Positions 1 through 8,476 of a stretch of 64,000 nucleotides of DNA are shown here, piece after piece. Within the stretch, counting starts at the first letter, position 1. Each line of letters starts with the position of its first letter. Origin of the DNA: Verrucomicrobiales bacterium (GTDB lineage Bacteria; Verrucomicrobiota; Verrucomicrobiia; Limisphaerales; SXTU01); assembly GCA_005791875.1 (NCBI GenBank), contig SXTU01000063.1, forward strand, positions 15,347 through 79,346, in the 5' to 3' direction. Made by a program: the position numbers and the translations under genes. The notes under the pieces are model-generated. The model worked only from the letters and a program-made list of their open reading frames with translations, searched no databases and was not told the origin of the DNA.

Positions 1-329
1 CCGCGGTCGCTGAAGACGGTGGCCATGTTCGGGCCGCGCACGCCGTCGTGCTTGAACTTCTTGTAGAAGGGCTTCACGCCCATCGCGCGCACGCGCTCGG
101 CGATAAGGTCGCCGATGGGATAATCCACCATCGCGCTGGCCACACCGGTGTTGAGGCGGAAGCAGTCGGAGAGATTCGCCGAGACGTTGAACTCGCCGCC
201 GCTCACGTGGATGTCGCAACGCGACGCCTTGCGGAATGGGATGATACCGGGGTCGAGGCGATGGACGAGTGCGCCGAGGGAGAGGAAATCCAGCGCGCCG
301 TCTTTCTTAATGTTCAAACCAGTGCTCAT
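1..329 (-). CDS. PfkB-family sugar kinase (KdgK-like), N-terminal ~109 codons; gene continues beyond window start
   Basis: Not in the ORF track because there is no stop inside the window. The complement of 327-329 is ATG. Translation MSTGLNIKKDGALDFLSLGALVHRLDPGIIPFRKASRCDIHVSGGEFNVSANLSDCFRLNTGVASAMVDYPIGDLIAERVRAMGVKPFYKK... resembles N-termini of PfkB carbohydrate kinases. The + ORFs 48..509 and 148..513 are antisense shadows. Confidence 0.6.
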   Translation of the reverse strand, partial: MSTGLNIKKDGALDFLSLGALVHRLDPGIIPFRKASRCDIHVSGGEFNVSANLSDCFRLNTGVASAMVDYPIGDLIAERVRAMGVKPFYKKFKHDGVRGPNMATVFSDR

Positions 330-512
330 GTTCGTATGGATGGGGAAGCTGCGTCGCGGGCGTTGTGCCGCGCGTGGGCAGCGAATCGAGGGCAGGAGTG
401 TTGGCGAAACCCTGTGGGCTTGGCAACTGGCTTTCCGAACGAAGGGGCCAGCGGCGCTCAATCGTCTGAAACTTCCCGTCGGCCTCCGCCGTCCAGCAGG
501 CGTCACTAGCTG

Positions 513-1262
513 ATGTTAATCCGCATCTTGAAATTTCGCCCTGCCATTTTCCTCCTGCGCGCCTGCGCGGGACTGCTCATCATGGCGGCACTCCCGGCGG
601 CTGCGGCAAACAAGAGCGCGCCGGGCAAGCCCGCCCAGAGCAAGCCTGCGTCCACCAAGCCCACCAAGTCAGACGACGGCTTCAAGCCCTTCGCCATCAT
701 CACCGAGCGAAATGTCTTCAACGCCAACCGCAGCCTCACGCCCACGCCCGTCGCGTCCAAGCCCAAGGCCACTCCGCCTCCGAAGATCGAAGCCTTCGCG
801 CTGCTGGGCACAATGAGTTCCGAGCGCGGCTCGGTCGCATTTTTCGACGGCACCAGCGCGATCTATCGCAAGGCTGTCGAGCCGGGCGACAAGCTCGGCT
901 CTTACACGGTAGCCGCCATCGCGCACGATCGTGTGACCTTGAAGGCCGACGAGAGCGAGCTGTGCCTGGCGCTCAAGATGCAGTTCCGCCGCGAGGATCA
1001 AGGCGAGTGGCAGCTCGCGGAGCTGCCCGACGATTTCCAGCCCACCCAGCCACCGCCGGGGCACACCATGTTGGCCCGCAGGCCGGACTCCCGGAGCATG
1101 TCGCTCGACCAAGTCCGCGACCTCGTCTCCAACAAGTATCAGCGCAAGCTGGAGCAGCTCGCGAATGACCCGGTGAAATCCGAGAAGCTCCTCAAGACGC
1201 TCGACAAGGAAGTGGAGAGCCGCATCAAGAAGCTGAACAAGCTCGACCGCCGGATGCAGTAG
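513..1262 (+). CDS. hypothetical exported protein (signal peptide, Pro/Lys-rich linker, small beta domain reminiscent of GspC/PilP, C-terminal coiled coil)
   Basis: ATG start. N-terminal hydrophobic signal LLIMAALPAAAA, then a low-complexity KP-rich stretch. The block FALLGTMSSERGSVAFFDGTSAIYRKAVEPGDKLGSYTVAAIAHDRVTL resembles the GspC/PilP pattern. The tail is charged and helical. The function call is weak. Confidence 0.6.
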   Translation: MLIRILKFRPAIFLLRACAGLLIMAALPAAAANKSAPGKPAQSKPASTKPTKSDDGFKPFAIITERNVFNANRSLTPTPVASKPKATPPPKIEAFALLGTMSSERGSVAFFDGTSAIYRKAVEPGDKLGSYTVAAIAHDRVTLKADESELCLALKMQFRREDQGEWQLAELPDDFQPTQPPPGHTMLARRPDSRSMSLDQVRDLVSNKYQRKLEQLANDPVKSEKLLKTLDKEVESRIKKLNKLDRRMQ

Positions 1263-1318
1263 CGCCGTCTCCCTGTGGCGGCGAGTCTGTGACCGCCGTC
1301 ATATGACCGTGACCGCCG

Positions 1319-1972
1319 TCACTTCGCAGCGGAGGAAACCTTCGCTGCTTCCCAAACCTTCACGTCGCTCAAGCGCAGCGACTCGCCCTTCATCACGAAA
1401 CGGTAGCCGGTCTTGTCCACGTCGAGTTCGGGATGGCTGCCCTCGAGCTTCGCGCCGTTGTCCGCTTGCACGGAGACCTTGCCGCCCTTGGTCTCCATCA
1501 ACAGCGTGTGCCACTTGCCCGCCTCGAACTTCCCCGACGCCTTGCCAAGCTGGGCCGCCTTGGACTTCGGATCCTTCTTGTCCTTGTCCTTGCTCAAGGT
1601 TAGGCCGTCCTCCGCAATGGCCACGCGGAAGAGATGGCCCTTGGGGTGGTTGATGCTCAGGCTGAAATTCTTCGCGCCATCCAGCTTGAAGGAGAAGCGC
1701 ACGATGGCATCGCGGTGCGGCTGGTTCAGGAACAGCACGGCAGCGTGCTCGTCCGACGCCTTCTCCTTGCCGACGACCGCGCCATCGCGCACCTGCCAGT
1801 CGCCCTGCACGCCGCCCCACGAGCTAGGCAACGTGCCGCCGACGAACTTCTCATCCACGACGACCTTGCCGGGCTGGTTCAAAAGCGGCTTGAGGTCAGC
1901 GGCCTTCTCCGCGAGGCAGAGGTTGGAGGTGGCGGCGAGGACTGCGAGAGCGGCGAGGAGTTGAGAGCGCAT
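1319..1972 (-). CDS. secreted DUF1080 (3-keto-disaccharide hydrolase / LamG-like) domain protein
   Basis: 217 aa. Signal peptide MRSQLLAALAVLAATSNLCLA. The length and motifs (WQVRDGAVVG, FRFSFKL, NHPKGHLFRV, GKWHTLLMETKG) are typical of DUF1080. Confidence 0.8.
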   Translation of the reverse strand: MRSQLLAALAVLAATSNLCLAEKAADLKPLLNQPGKVVVDEKFVGGTLPSSWGGVQGDWQVRDGAVVGKEKASDEHAAVLFLNQPHRDAIVRFSFKLDGAKNFSLSINHPKGHLFRVAIAEDGLTLSKDKDKKDPKSKAAQLGKASGKFEAGKWHTLLMETKGGKVSVQADNGAKLEGSHPELDVDKTGYRFVMKGESLRLSDVKVWEAAKVSSAAK

Positions 1973-2107
1973 GGTTCAGTTGAGTTTTTCGGACATTGTG
2001 CGAGCAGAAAGACGGCGCAACTTGCGTGAAGGTTGCCATCCATTGAAGTCAGCCTTCCCTTAACCCGAACTTCGAAGCTGGCGCTCCGAAGGAGCATCAC
2101 AAAGCTG

Positions 2108-2229
2108 CCCGGGGCAACGCCCCGGGTTATACGGCCGCGGGACGCGAAGCCCTGAAAGGGCGGCACAAAATGTTCCGCCCCTTCAGGGCGGCAATGCTCC
2201 TATTTCCCTACCCGGGGCGTTGCCCCGGG
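2108..2229. repeat. nested palindromic dispersed-repeat element inside a 777-bp non-coding mosaic (1973-2749)
   Basis: cccggggcaacgccccggg (2108-2126) is the exact reverse complement of cccggggcgttgccccggg (2211-2229). An inner hairpin pairs gccctgaaagggcgg (2149-2163) with ccgccccttcagggc (2175-2189). Confidence 0.7.
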
Positions 2230-2749
2230 CTGTCATGTCTGAGCTGCACAGCGCTGTAGCGCAGGCTTGCAGCCTTCAGTTTCCGCCGACTTGAACTCGG
2301 CAGGTCCTGCTGCAATCAGCGACGTTTAGATAAGTGCGTGGCACTCCGCATCCCGTTTCAACGCAAGGGCGCAAAGACGCAAAGACGCGGAAGCGAAAGA
2401 AATTGGGTGGTAGGGCACGTCTGTCCCCAGTGCGCGATGGACTGCCGGATGCGCAACCGGCGCGCTGAGGACAGCGCTCGGCGGCTTGGGGGTGCATTCC
2501 GACGGCTTGAGAGGGTATGTCGGTGGCCTGGGGAGGCACGTCGGTAAGCTCCGAGTGCCTTCCCAGAAGGTTTTTACGTGGTTTCAGCCGATTGGGGTCA
2601 AAACACAGGTCGTCCGTGGTCAAAAAGAGACAACTGAATGGCCTGCACACGCCCTCGGGATGCCCCAAAGGGGCTTCGGCCTCCAGCCCAAGGTTGCCGA
2701 CTTGGGCGAGGCTACGTTGCGTGCGGGAGGAGAGACGAGCCTACCAGAT

Positions 2750-4162
2750 TCACTTCGCGTTCTTGCCCTTCTTGCCCTTCTTCGCGGGTGCGCCGGGTTC
2801 GGGGCCGTCGTTGTCGGCGCGGCCGCCGCCCCAGAGGGGTTTCATGTTGGCGGTGTTCCAGGTGTTCCAGAGGGCTTGCAGTTCCTTCACCTTGTCCGGC
2901 TGCGCGGCGGCGAGGTCTTTGGTTTCGCCGAGGTCGTCGTGGAGGTTGTAGAGCTTGAGGGGCGAGGGGCCGGCCTTGCGCCCGGCGTCCAATCCGTCGG
3001 CGGTGGTGTCGTAGCGGACGAGCTTGAAGTCGCCGGCGCGCACGGCCATCTGCTCGCCGAAACGCCAGTAGAGCGCGTCGTGCGGCGTGCCGGTCTTTTC
3101 GCCGGTGAGGAAGGGCAGGAGGTTCACGCCGTCGAGTTTCCACTCGGGCTTCGTCGCCACACCGGCGGCGGCAAGCGCGGTGGCGGTGAGGTCGAGCTGA
3201 ATCGCGGGCTGCGCGAAGACGCCGGGCTTGAGCTTCCCCGGCCACGACACGATGAAGGGCACGCGCACGCCGCCCTCAAGCGTGGTGCGCTTGGAGCCTC
3301 GCAAGGGCAGGTTCACCGAGCCGTTGACGGTGACGCCCTGCATCGCCGGCCCGCCGTTGTCGCTGATGAATGTGATGAGCGTGTTCTCGTTCTGGCCAGT
3401 CTCGGCGAGCTTGGCGCGCACCTTGCCGATGGCGTCGTCCATCGCGATCATCATGGCGGCGTAGGTGCGGCGCTGCTTGTCGGCGACGTTCGGGAACTTC
3501 GCGAGGCGGTCGTCCGTGGCGTGCATCGGCGTGTGGACGGCGTTGAAGGCAAGGTAGAGGAACCACGGCTTGCCCTTGTCCTTCTCGACGAACGCGCACG
3601 CCTCGCGCCCGAAGGCGTCGGTGGTGTAATCCATTTCCTTCACTTGCTCCGTGCCGCGCAGGATGCCGGCGGAGGCGAAGTAACTGTGCGCGCCGCCAAG
3701 GAAGCCGAAGAACTCGTCGAAGCCGCGCTTCAGCGGCTGCATCTCCGGCAGGTTGCCGAGATGCCATTTGCCGACGAGGCCGGTGGCGTAGCCGGCGGCC
3801 TTGAGGCGGTCGGCAATGGTCTTCTCGGTGAGGGGCAGGCCCGCGTTTGGCGCGCCGGGGTTGAACTCATGCCCGAAGCGGTTTTGATAGCGACCCGTCA
3901 GCAGTCCCGCGCGCGTGGGCGAGCAATACGGCCCGCTTACGTAGCCGCTGGTGAAGCGCACGCCGGACGCCGCGAGCGCGTCGAGGTGCGGCGTGGGGAT
4001 GTCCTTGCAGCCGTGGAAGCCCACGTCCGCATAGCCCATGTCATCGCCGACGATGAAGAGGATGTTGGGCTTGCGCGTGTCGGCGGCGGAAGCGGTCTGG
4101 CTGCAAAGCGCGCAAAGGAGCGCAACGAGGAAGGACCGCAGCAGGCACTTGGGTGAAAGCAT
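2750..4162 (-). CDS. arylsulfatase A-family sulfatase (formylglycine type), secreted
   Basis: PNILFIVGDDMGYADVG, the CSPTRAGLLTGR (CxPxR) motif and GKWHLG are present. I prefer the internal ATG at 4162 (MLSPKCLLRSFLVALLCALCSQTASA signal) because the ORF extension to 4228 reads into a 9-bp repeat array. Confidence 0.9.
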   Translation of the reverse strand: MLSPKCLLRSFLVALLCALCSQTASAADTRKPNILFIVGDDMGYADVGFHGCKDIPTPHLDALAASGVRFTSGYVSGPYCSPTRAGLLTGRYQNRFGHEFNPGAPNAGLPLTEKTIADRLKAAGYATGLVGKWHLGNLPEMQPLKRGFDEFFGFLGGAHSYFASAGILRGTEQVKEMDYTTDAFGREACAFVEKDKGKPWFLYLAFNAVHTPMHATDDRLAKFPNVADKQRRTYAAMMIAMDDAIGKVRAKLAETGQNENTLITFISDNGGPAMQGVTVNGSVNLPLRGSKRTTLEGGVRVPFIVSWPGKLKPGVFAQPAIQLDLTATALAAAGVATKPEWKLDGVNLLPFLTGEKTGTPHDALYWRFGEQMAVRAGDFKLVRYDTTADGLDAGRKAGPSPLKLYNLHDDLGETKDLAAAQPDKVKELQALWNTWNTANMKPLWGGGRADNDGPEPGAPAKKGKKGKNAK

Positions 4163-4213
4163 ATAGGGAGAGACGATGGTGAGGAGGGGCGAGGTTAAAA
4201 AAGATTTGGCTGG

Positions 4214-4252
4214 GGCGGATTGGCCCACGGATCACGCGGATGACACGGATGG
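4214..4252. repeat. 9-bp periodic array (CRCGGATNN)
   Basis: CGGAT recurs at 4216, 4228, 4237 and 4246 (cacggatca cgcggatga cacggatgg). The same motif family recurs at 61036-61062. Confidence 0.6.
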
Positions 4253-4289
4253 GAACGCGCCGTGCGCGTTGCCTGCGGCATTCGACCCA

Positions 4290-5306
4290 CTACGCACGTC
4301 CCGCCGCTGCTTCGAAGGGTTTCAAGTCCCGCATCAGTTGCGCGAAGCCTTCGAGGGTGAGCTGCTGCGCGCCGTCGCTCCAGGCCTCCTTCGGGTTGGG
4401 ATGCACTTCGATGAGCAGCGCGTCCGCGCCCATCGCCACCGCGCCCTTGCTCATGGCCACGACGAGGTCCGCGCGGCCCGCGCCCTGGCTGGGGTCAATC
4501 ACGATGGGGCAGTGCGACTCCTGCTTGATGATGGGGATGGTCGAGAGGTCCAAGGTGTTGCGCGTGTAGGTCTCGAAGGTGCGGATGCCGCGCTCGCAGA
4601 AGAGCAGGCCGGGGTTGTTGTTCGAGAGGATGTATTCGCCGGCGAGCAGCCACTCCTCGATCTTCATGGCCAGGCCGCGCTTGAGCAGGACGGGCTTGCC
4701 GGTCTTGGCGGCGGCGATGAGAAGCTGGAAGTTCTGCGCGTTGCGCGTGCCGATCTGGAGAATGTCGGCGTATTCCGCGACCAGCCCGGCGTGCGCTTCG
4801 GAAAGGAGTTCGGTGATGACGGCGAGGCCGGTGGCCTTGCGCGCCTTGGCAAGGAGCTTAAGGCCCTTCAGCCCCAGACCTTGGAATTCGTAGGGCGAGG
4901 TGCGGGGCTTGAACGCGCCGCCGCGCAGCACCTTCGCGCCAGCCTTGGCCACGGCCTCGGCGGTCATCAGCAATTGTTTCTCGCTCTCCACCGAGCACGG
5001 GCCGGCCATCACGACCAGTTCCTTGCCGCCGATGACGCAGCCGTTGGGCAGTGTGATGGTGGAGTTGGCCGGGTGCGCCTCGCGGCTGACGAGTTTGAAG
5101 CGTTTCTGGATGGGCATGACGCTCTCGACCTGCGGGAGCGTGGTGAGGGCTTCCAGCGTGTGGTGCGTGCGCTCGTCGCCGATGGCTCCGATGACGGTGC
5201 GGGCCACGCCGCGCATGACGTGCGGGCGGTAGCCGAGCCGGCGGATCTCGGCGAGCACGGCCGACTCTTCCGGCTTCGAGGACTGGGGGCGGAGGACGAT
5301 GATCAT
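4290..5306 (-). CDS. aroF: 3-deoxy-7-phosphoheptulonate (DAHP) synthase, type I-beta with N-terminal ferredoxin-like regulatory domain
   Basis: Start moved to MIIVLRPQ (ATG at 5306). Motifs: VMAGPCSVES, LRGGAFKPRTSPYEFQGLG, QIGTRNAQNF, LLKRG, CERGIRTFE and IVDPSQG. Confidence 0.9.
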   Translation of the reverse strand: MIIVLRPQSSKPEESAVLAEIRRLGYRPHVMRGVARTVIGAIGDERTHHTLEALTTLPQVESVMPIQKRFKLVSREAHPANSTITLPNGCVIGGKELVVMAGPCSVESEKQLLMTAEAVAKAGAKVLRGGAFKPRTSPYEFQGLGLKGLKLLAKARKATGLAVITELLSEAHAGLVAEYADILQIGTRNAQNFQLLIAAAKTGKPVLLKRGLAMKIEEWLLAGEYILSNNNPGLLFCERGIRTFETYTRNTLDLSTIPIIKQESHCPIVIDPSQGAGRADLVVAMSKGAVAMGADALLIEVHPNPKEAWSDGAQQLTLEGFAQLMRDLKPFEAAAGRA

Positions 5307-5527
5307 GTGCGGGTCTTTGTGCGGCAGGCGGGGCGGGGTGGAAATGAAAAAGTGCCAGCAGCGCTGACAGCGGGATGCTCCGCGCACTGTCCCCGGCGCG
5401 CGAACGGTCCCGTCCGCAGCGGCCCCGAGCGACGTGAATGGTTCAGCCTTTCCGACGGCGTTCTGCAGGCGAAGCCGCTGCGAGCCGGGACGGCTCGCGC
5501 TTCAGAGCACTGCGCGGATGCCCCTGT

Positions 5528-6835
5528 TTACAGCGTCTCGACGATGAGCGGGTGCTCGAGCGGCGCGTGTGGGGAGCAGGCGAAGGCCGTCCGAAGCCGC
5601 GCGCTGGCGGCTTCGGCCTGGGCCTGGGTGGCGGCGTGGAGGCGGCCCAGCACGGTGCCGTGCCGGACTTCTTCCCCGGGCTTGGCGAGTTGGTCCACGC
5701 CCACGTCGGGCTGGATGACGGAGGTCTTCGTCATGCGGCCTCCTCCGAGGTCACGGACAATCTCACCGATGATACGGGCGTCGCAGCGGGTGATGAAGCC
5801 TGCCTCGGTCGCACGGCACTCCACCACCACGGGCGCAGAGTGGTCGACCTGGAGCTTGGCGCGGAAGGCGTCGAGGTCCGCGCCTTGGGCGGCGAGGAGT
5901 TCGTCCCACTTGGCGCGCGGGGCCCCGGAGTCGAGGCAGGCCAACGCGGTGCGGCGGGCCTCGACCAGGCCGGGCGATTTGTCCGTCTGCACGAGCAGCG
6001 AGGCGGCGCACTCGATGACGAGGGTTTGCAGGTCGGCGGGGCCGTGGCCGGCGAGGCATTGCACGGCTTCTTTGACTTCGAGCCAGTTGCCGGCGGCGCG
6101 GCCGTGCGGGGTGCTTATGTCCACGAGGAGGGCGCGGGTCATCACGCCGCATTCGATGGCGAGGCTGATGATGGACCACGCGAGGTCGCGCGCCTGATCG
6201 CGCGATGGCATGAAGGCGGCGGGGCCGAACTTCACGTCCATGACGAGCGCGTCGAGGCCCTCGGCGAGCTTCTTGGACAAGATGCTGGCAGTGATGAGCG
6301 GGATGCTCGGCACGGTGCCGGTCACGTCGCGCAGGGCGTAGAGCAGCTTGTCGGCGGGAATCATGTTCGCCGTCTGGCCGCCCAGCGCGAGGCCGATGCG
6401 TTGCGTCTGCTCGACGAGCCGCTCGGGGCCGAGTTGGGTGGTGAGGCCGGGGATGGATTCTAGTTTGTCGAGCGTGCCGCCGGTGATGCCGAGTCCGCGC
6501 CCGGAGATCATCGGCACACGGAAGCCGAGGCACGCCAGTAGTGGCGCGAGCGGCAGCGAAACCTTGTCGCCCACACCACCGGTGGAGTGTTTGTCCACTA
6601 CCGGGCGCGGGTCGCTGGTCGGGAACTTGAGCACCTCACCGGAATCGCGCATGGCCAGCGTGAGCGCGCGAGTTTCCCCGGCATCGAGGCCGCGGAAGAA
6701 CACGGCCATCAGGAACGAGGACATCTGGTAGTCCGGGATTTGGCCTGCGGCGAAAGCGGTGACGACCTCCTGAAGCTGGGCTGGCGTGAGCGCGCGCCCA
6801 TCGCGCTTGGCCTCGATGAGCGGGAGGAAGTTCAT
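5528..6835 (-). CDS. deoA: thymidine / pyrimidine-nucleoside phosphorylase
   Basis: Start at MNFLPLIEAKRDG (ATG at 6835), 17 nt after the upstream stop. Motifs: DKHSTGGVGDK, SGRGLGITGGTLDKLESIPG. The upstream ORF extension is Arg/Ser-rich junk. Confidence 0.9.
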   Translation of the reverse strand: MNFLPLIEAKRDGRALTPAQLQEVVTAFAAGQIPDYQMSSFLMAVFFRGLDAGETRALTLAMRDSGEVLKFPTSDPRPVVDKHSTGGVGDKVSLPLAPLLACLGFRVPMISGRGLGITGGTLDKLESIPGLTTQLGPERLVEQTQRIGLALGGQTANMIPADKLLYALRDVTGTVPSIPLITASILSKKLAEGLDALVMDVKFGPAAFMPSRDQARDLAWSIISLAIECGVMTRALLVDISTPHGRAAGNWLEVKEAVQCLAGHGPADLQTLVIECAASLLVQTDKSPGLVEARRTALACLDSGAPRAKWDELLAAQGADLDAFRAKLQVDHSAPVVVECRATEAGFITRCDARIIGEIVRDLGGGRMTKTSVIQPDVGVDQLAKPGEEVRHGTVLGRLHAATQAQAEAASARLRTAFACSPHAPLEHPLIVETL

Positions 6836-6851
6836 GCCCGAACGCGAGCGC

Positions 6852-8330
6852 TCACCGCAGCGCGATGCGCGCGGCAGCTCCCACGCCGGCAAGCATCCAG
6901 AGCAGGCCGAGCATGCCGAGGGAGTCCTGCCAGACCTCCATCCAGTCAGAGCTCGAACGCCACTCGGCCAACTGGCGGGATTCAAACTGCTCGCGGCTGA
7001 CCTTGCCCGTGGCCAGCTCAAGCATCTTGGGCAGGAGCATGGTGCGGAACATCTTGATGTCCGCGTCCGTCACGCGGGAGCCGTCGGAATCTGCGCTCAT
7101 GCTGCTGCGTGCGACGATGAGCTTGAGTTCCGCGTCGGTCTTCGCGGCCGCCGCCGCCTTGGCCGCGGCCAGGGAGCGGTCGTAGTGGCTTTTGAGCTGG
7201 GGGCGCATCTGGCGGTTGACGTGTTCCGACATCGCGAGCCAAGCCATCACGCCGATGGCCAGCCCGGCCGAGATGCACGCCGCGCCGCCGAGAGTCGGCG
7301 AGGCACCGCGTCCGAGCAGTCGCGCGCTGAAGCCCGCGAGCATCCCCAGCACCGGGGCCATAAAGCCGCCGTTGAGGCCTGTGCTCTTGAGAACTGCGAA
7401 CCACAGCCCTGCGCCGATGAGCGCGCCGCCCACTGCGCCCGCCACGCCGAGCGCGAGGCTCGGTTCACGGCTCGCGGCGGCGGGCTTGGCTGCGGGTTTG
7501 GCTGCGGGTTTGGATGAATCGGGTTTGGCTGATTTGGGTGCGGAGGAAGGTGATGCCGGGGTGGCGGGCTTGGCCGGGGTGGTGCCGGGTGGCGGCCGTG
7601 TAATCTTTGGTGCCTCCAACGGACGTAGATTCGGGCCGGATGTTTTGCCAGTCGGCGCAGGCCCGAATGGATCAAGCACCGGAGTGGCGCCGGGCGCGGC
7701 GGGCGCGGTGGGGGCGGCGGAAGTTGTGGGTGGCGTGGCGACCGGCGCTGTGGCAGCGACAGGATCGGCAGGCGGCGTGGCGAGGGGAGCTGGTGCGGCG
7801 GCAGGAGCGGGCGGGGGGAGGGCGGGCTGCGGGGGAGAAGCCGTTGCCGCGAGGCCGGGAGTCGCGGGCAGCGGGGCGACGGCTGGCGTCGGGGGCGTTG
7901 GCGTCGCGGCAGGTTCTGGAGTCGTCGCAGGGACGACCGCCGGTGCGGGCGCGGCAGCAGCGGCCCCGGCGAGATCGCCAGCGTGCTTGGGGATGTAGCT
8001 GCGGATTTCCTCGTTGGCGAGCGGGGTTAGATCTGCCTGGCAGCCGGGGCATTGCACGGGCGAAGGCATTTCCTTCTCGGCAAGCTCGAGGTCAAACTTG
8101 TAGCGCGCGCCGCAGGTGCAGGTGACCTTGACCTCCTTCACCGGGCGCGGGCCGGCTGCGGCCGGGGCCGGCTCCTTGCCAGAGAGGAAGTCCACGAGCG
8201 CGTTGCAGGCGGGTGTGGCGGCTGTGCCGCAGGTGGGGCAGGCGAGGCCGTCGGGCGCGCGGCCGTTCACCAAGTCCATGCCGAACTTGAAGCGGTTGCC
8301 GCACTGGCAGGCGATTTTTGTGTCAATCAT
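6852..8330 (-). CDS. hypothetical membrane protein: two N-terminal zinc-ribbon modules, ~170-aa Ala/Pro-rich linker, C-terminal multi-pass membrane domain
   Basis: Zinc ribbons: CQCG...CPTCG and CTCG...CPGCQ. Low-complexity linker PAPAVVPATTPEPAATPTPP.... Glycine-rich TM helices near the C-terminus. No confident family assignment. Confidence 0.7.
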   Translation of the reverse strand: MIDTKIACQCGNRFKFGMDLVNGRAPDGLACPTCGTAATPACNALVDFLSGKEPAPAAAGPRPVKEVKVTCTCGARYKFDLELAEKEMPSPVQCPGCQADLTPLANEEIRSYIPKHAGDLAGAAAAAPAPAVVPATTPEPAATPTPPTPAVAPLPATPGLAATASPPQPALPPPAPAAAPAPLATPPADPVAATAPVATPPTTSAAPTAPAAPGATPVLDPFGPAPTGKTSGPNLRPLEAPKITRPPPGTTPAKPATPASPSSAPKSAKPDSSKPAAKPAAKPAAASREPSLALGVAGAVGGALIGAGLWFAVLKSTGLNGGFMAPVLGMLAGFSARLLGRGASPTLGGAACISAGLAIGVMAWLAMSEHVNRQMRPQLKSHYDRSLAAAKAAAAAKTDAELKLIVARSSMSADSDGSRVTDADIKMFRTMLLPKMLELATGKVSREQFESRQLAEWRSSSDWMEVWQDSLGMLGLLWMLAGVGAAARIALR

Positions 8331-8476
8331 GGCCGGTCGCGCTCGGCTGGTTACCTCAGTTTGTTGAAATCAAGTCGCGGTGACGGGCAGTTCGTAACCC
8401 GAACCGGCGCGTCAGCAAAGAAAGAATCCGTCGCCGGTCCTCACCGCCGGAAGCGATGGGCGCACGCGCACAGCGG

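Noticed and set aside
1289-1321. Direct repeat gtgaccgccgtca x2 between convergent genes
   Set aside because: It is short (13 nt) and overlaps the DUF1080 stop codon. No further copies were seen in the window. Probably a local duplication or a weak hairpin, not a distinct element.
2486-4156. 556-aa plus-strand ORF (and the nested ORFs 2517..2951, 2638..2958 and 2712..3245)
   Set aside because: It lies antisense to a sulfatase with clear catalytic motifs. The composition is Gly/Ala/Arg/Val-rich with no motifs, which is the typical GC-driven shadow ORF.
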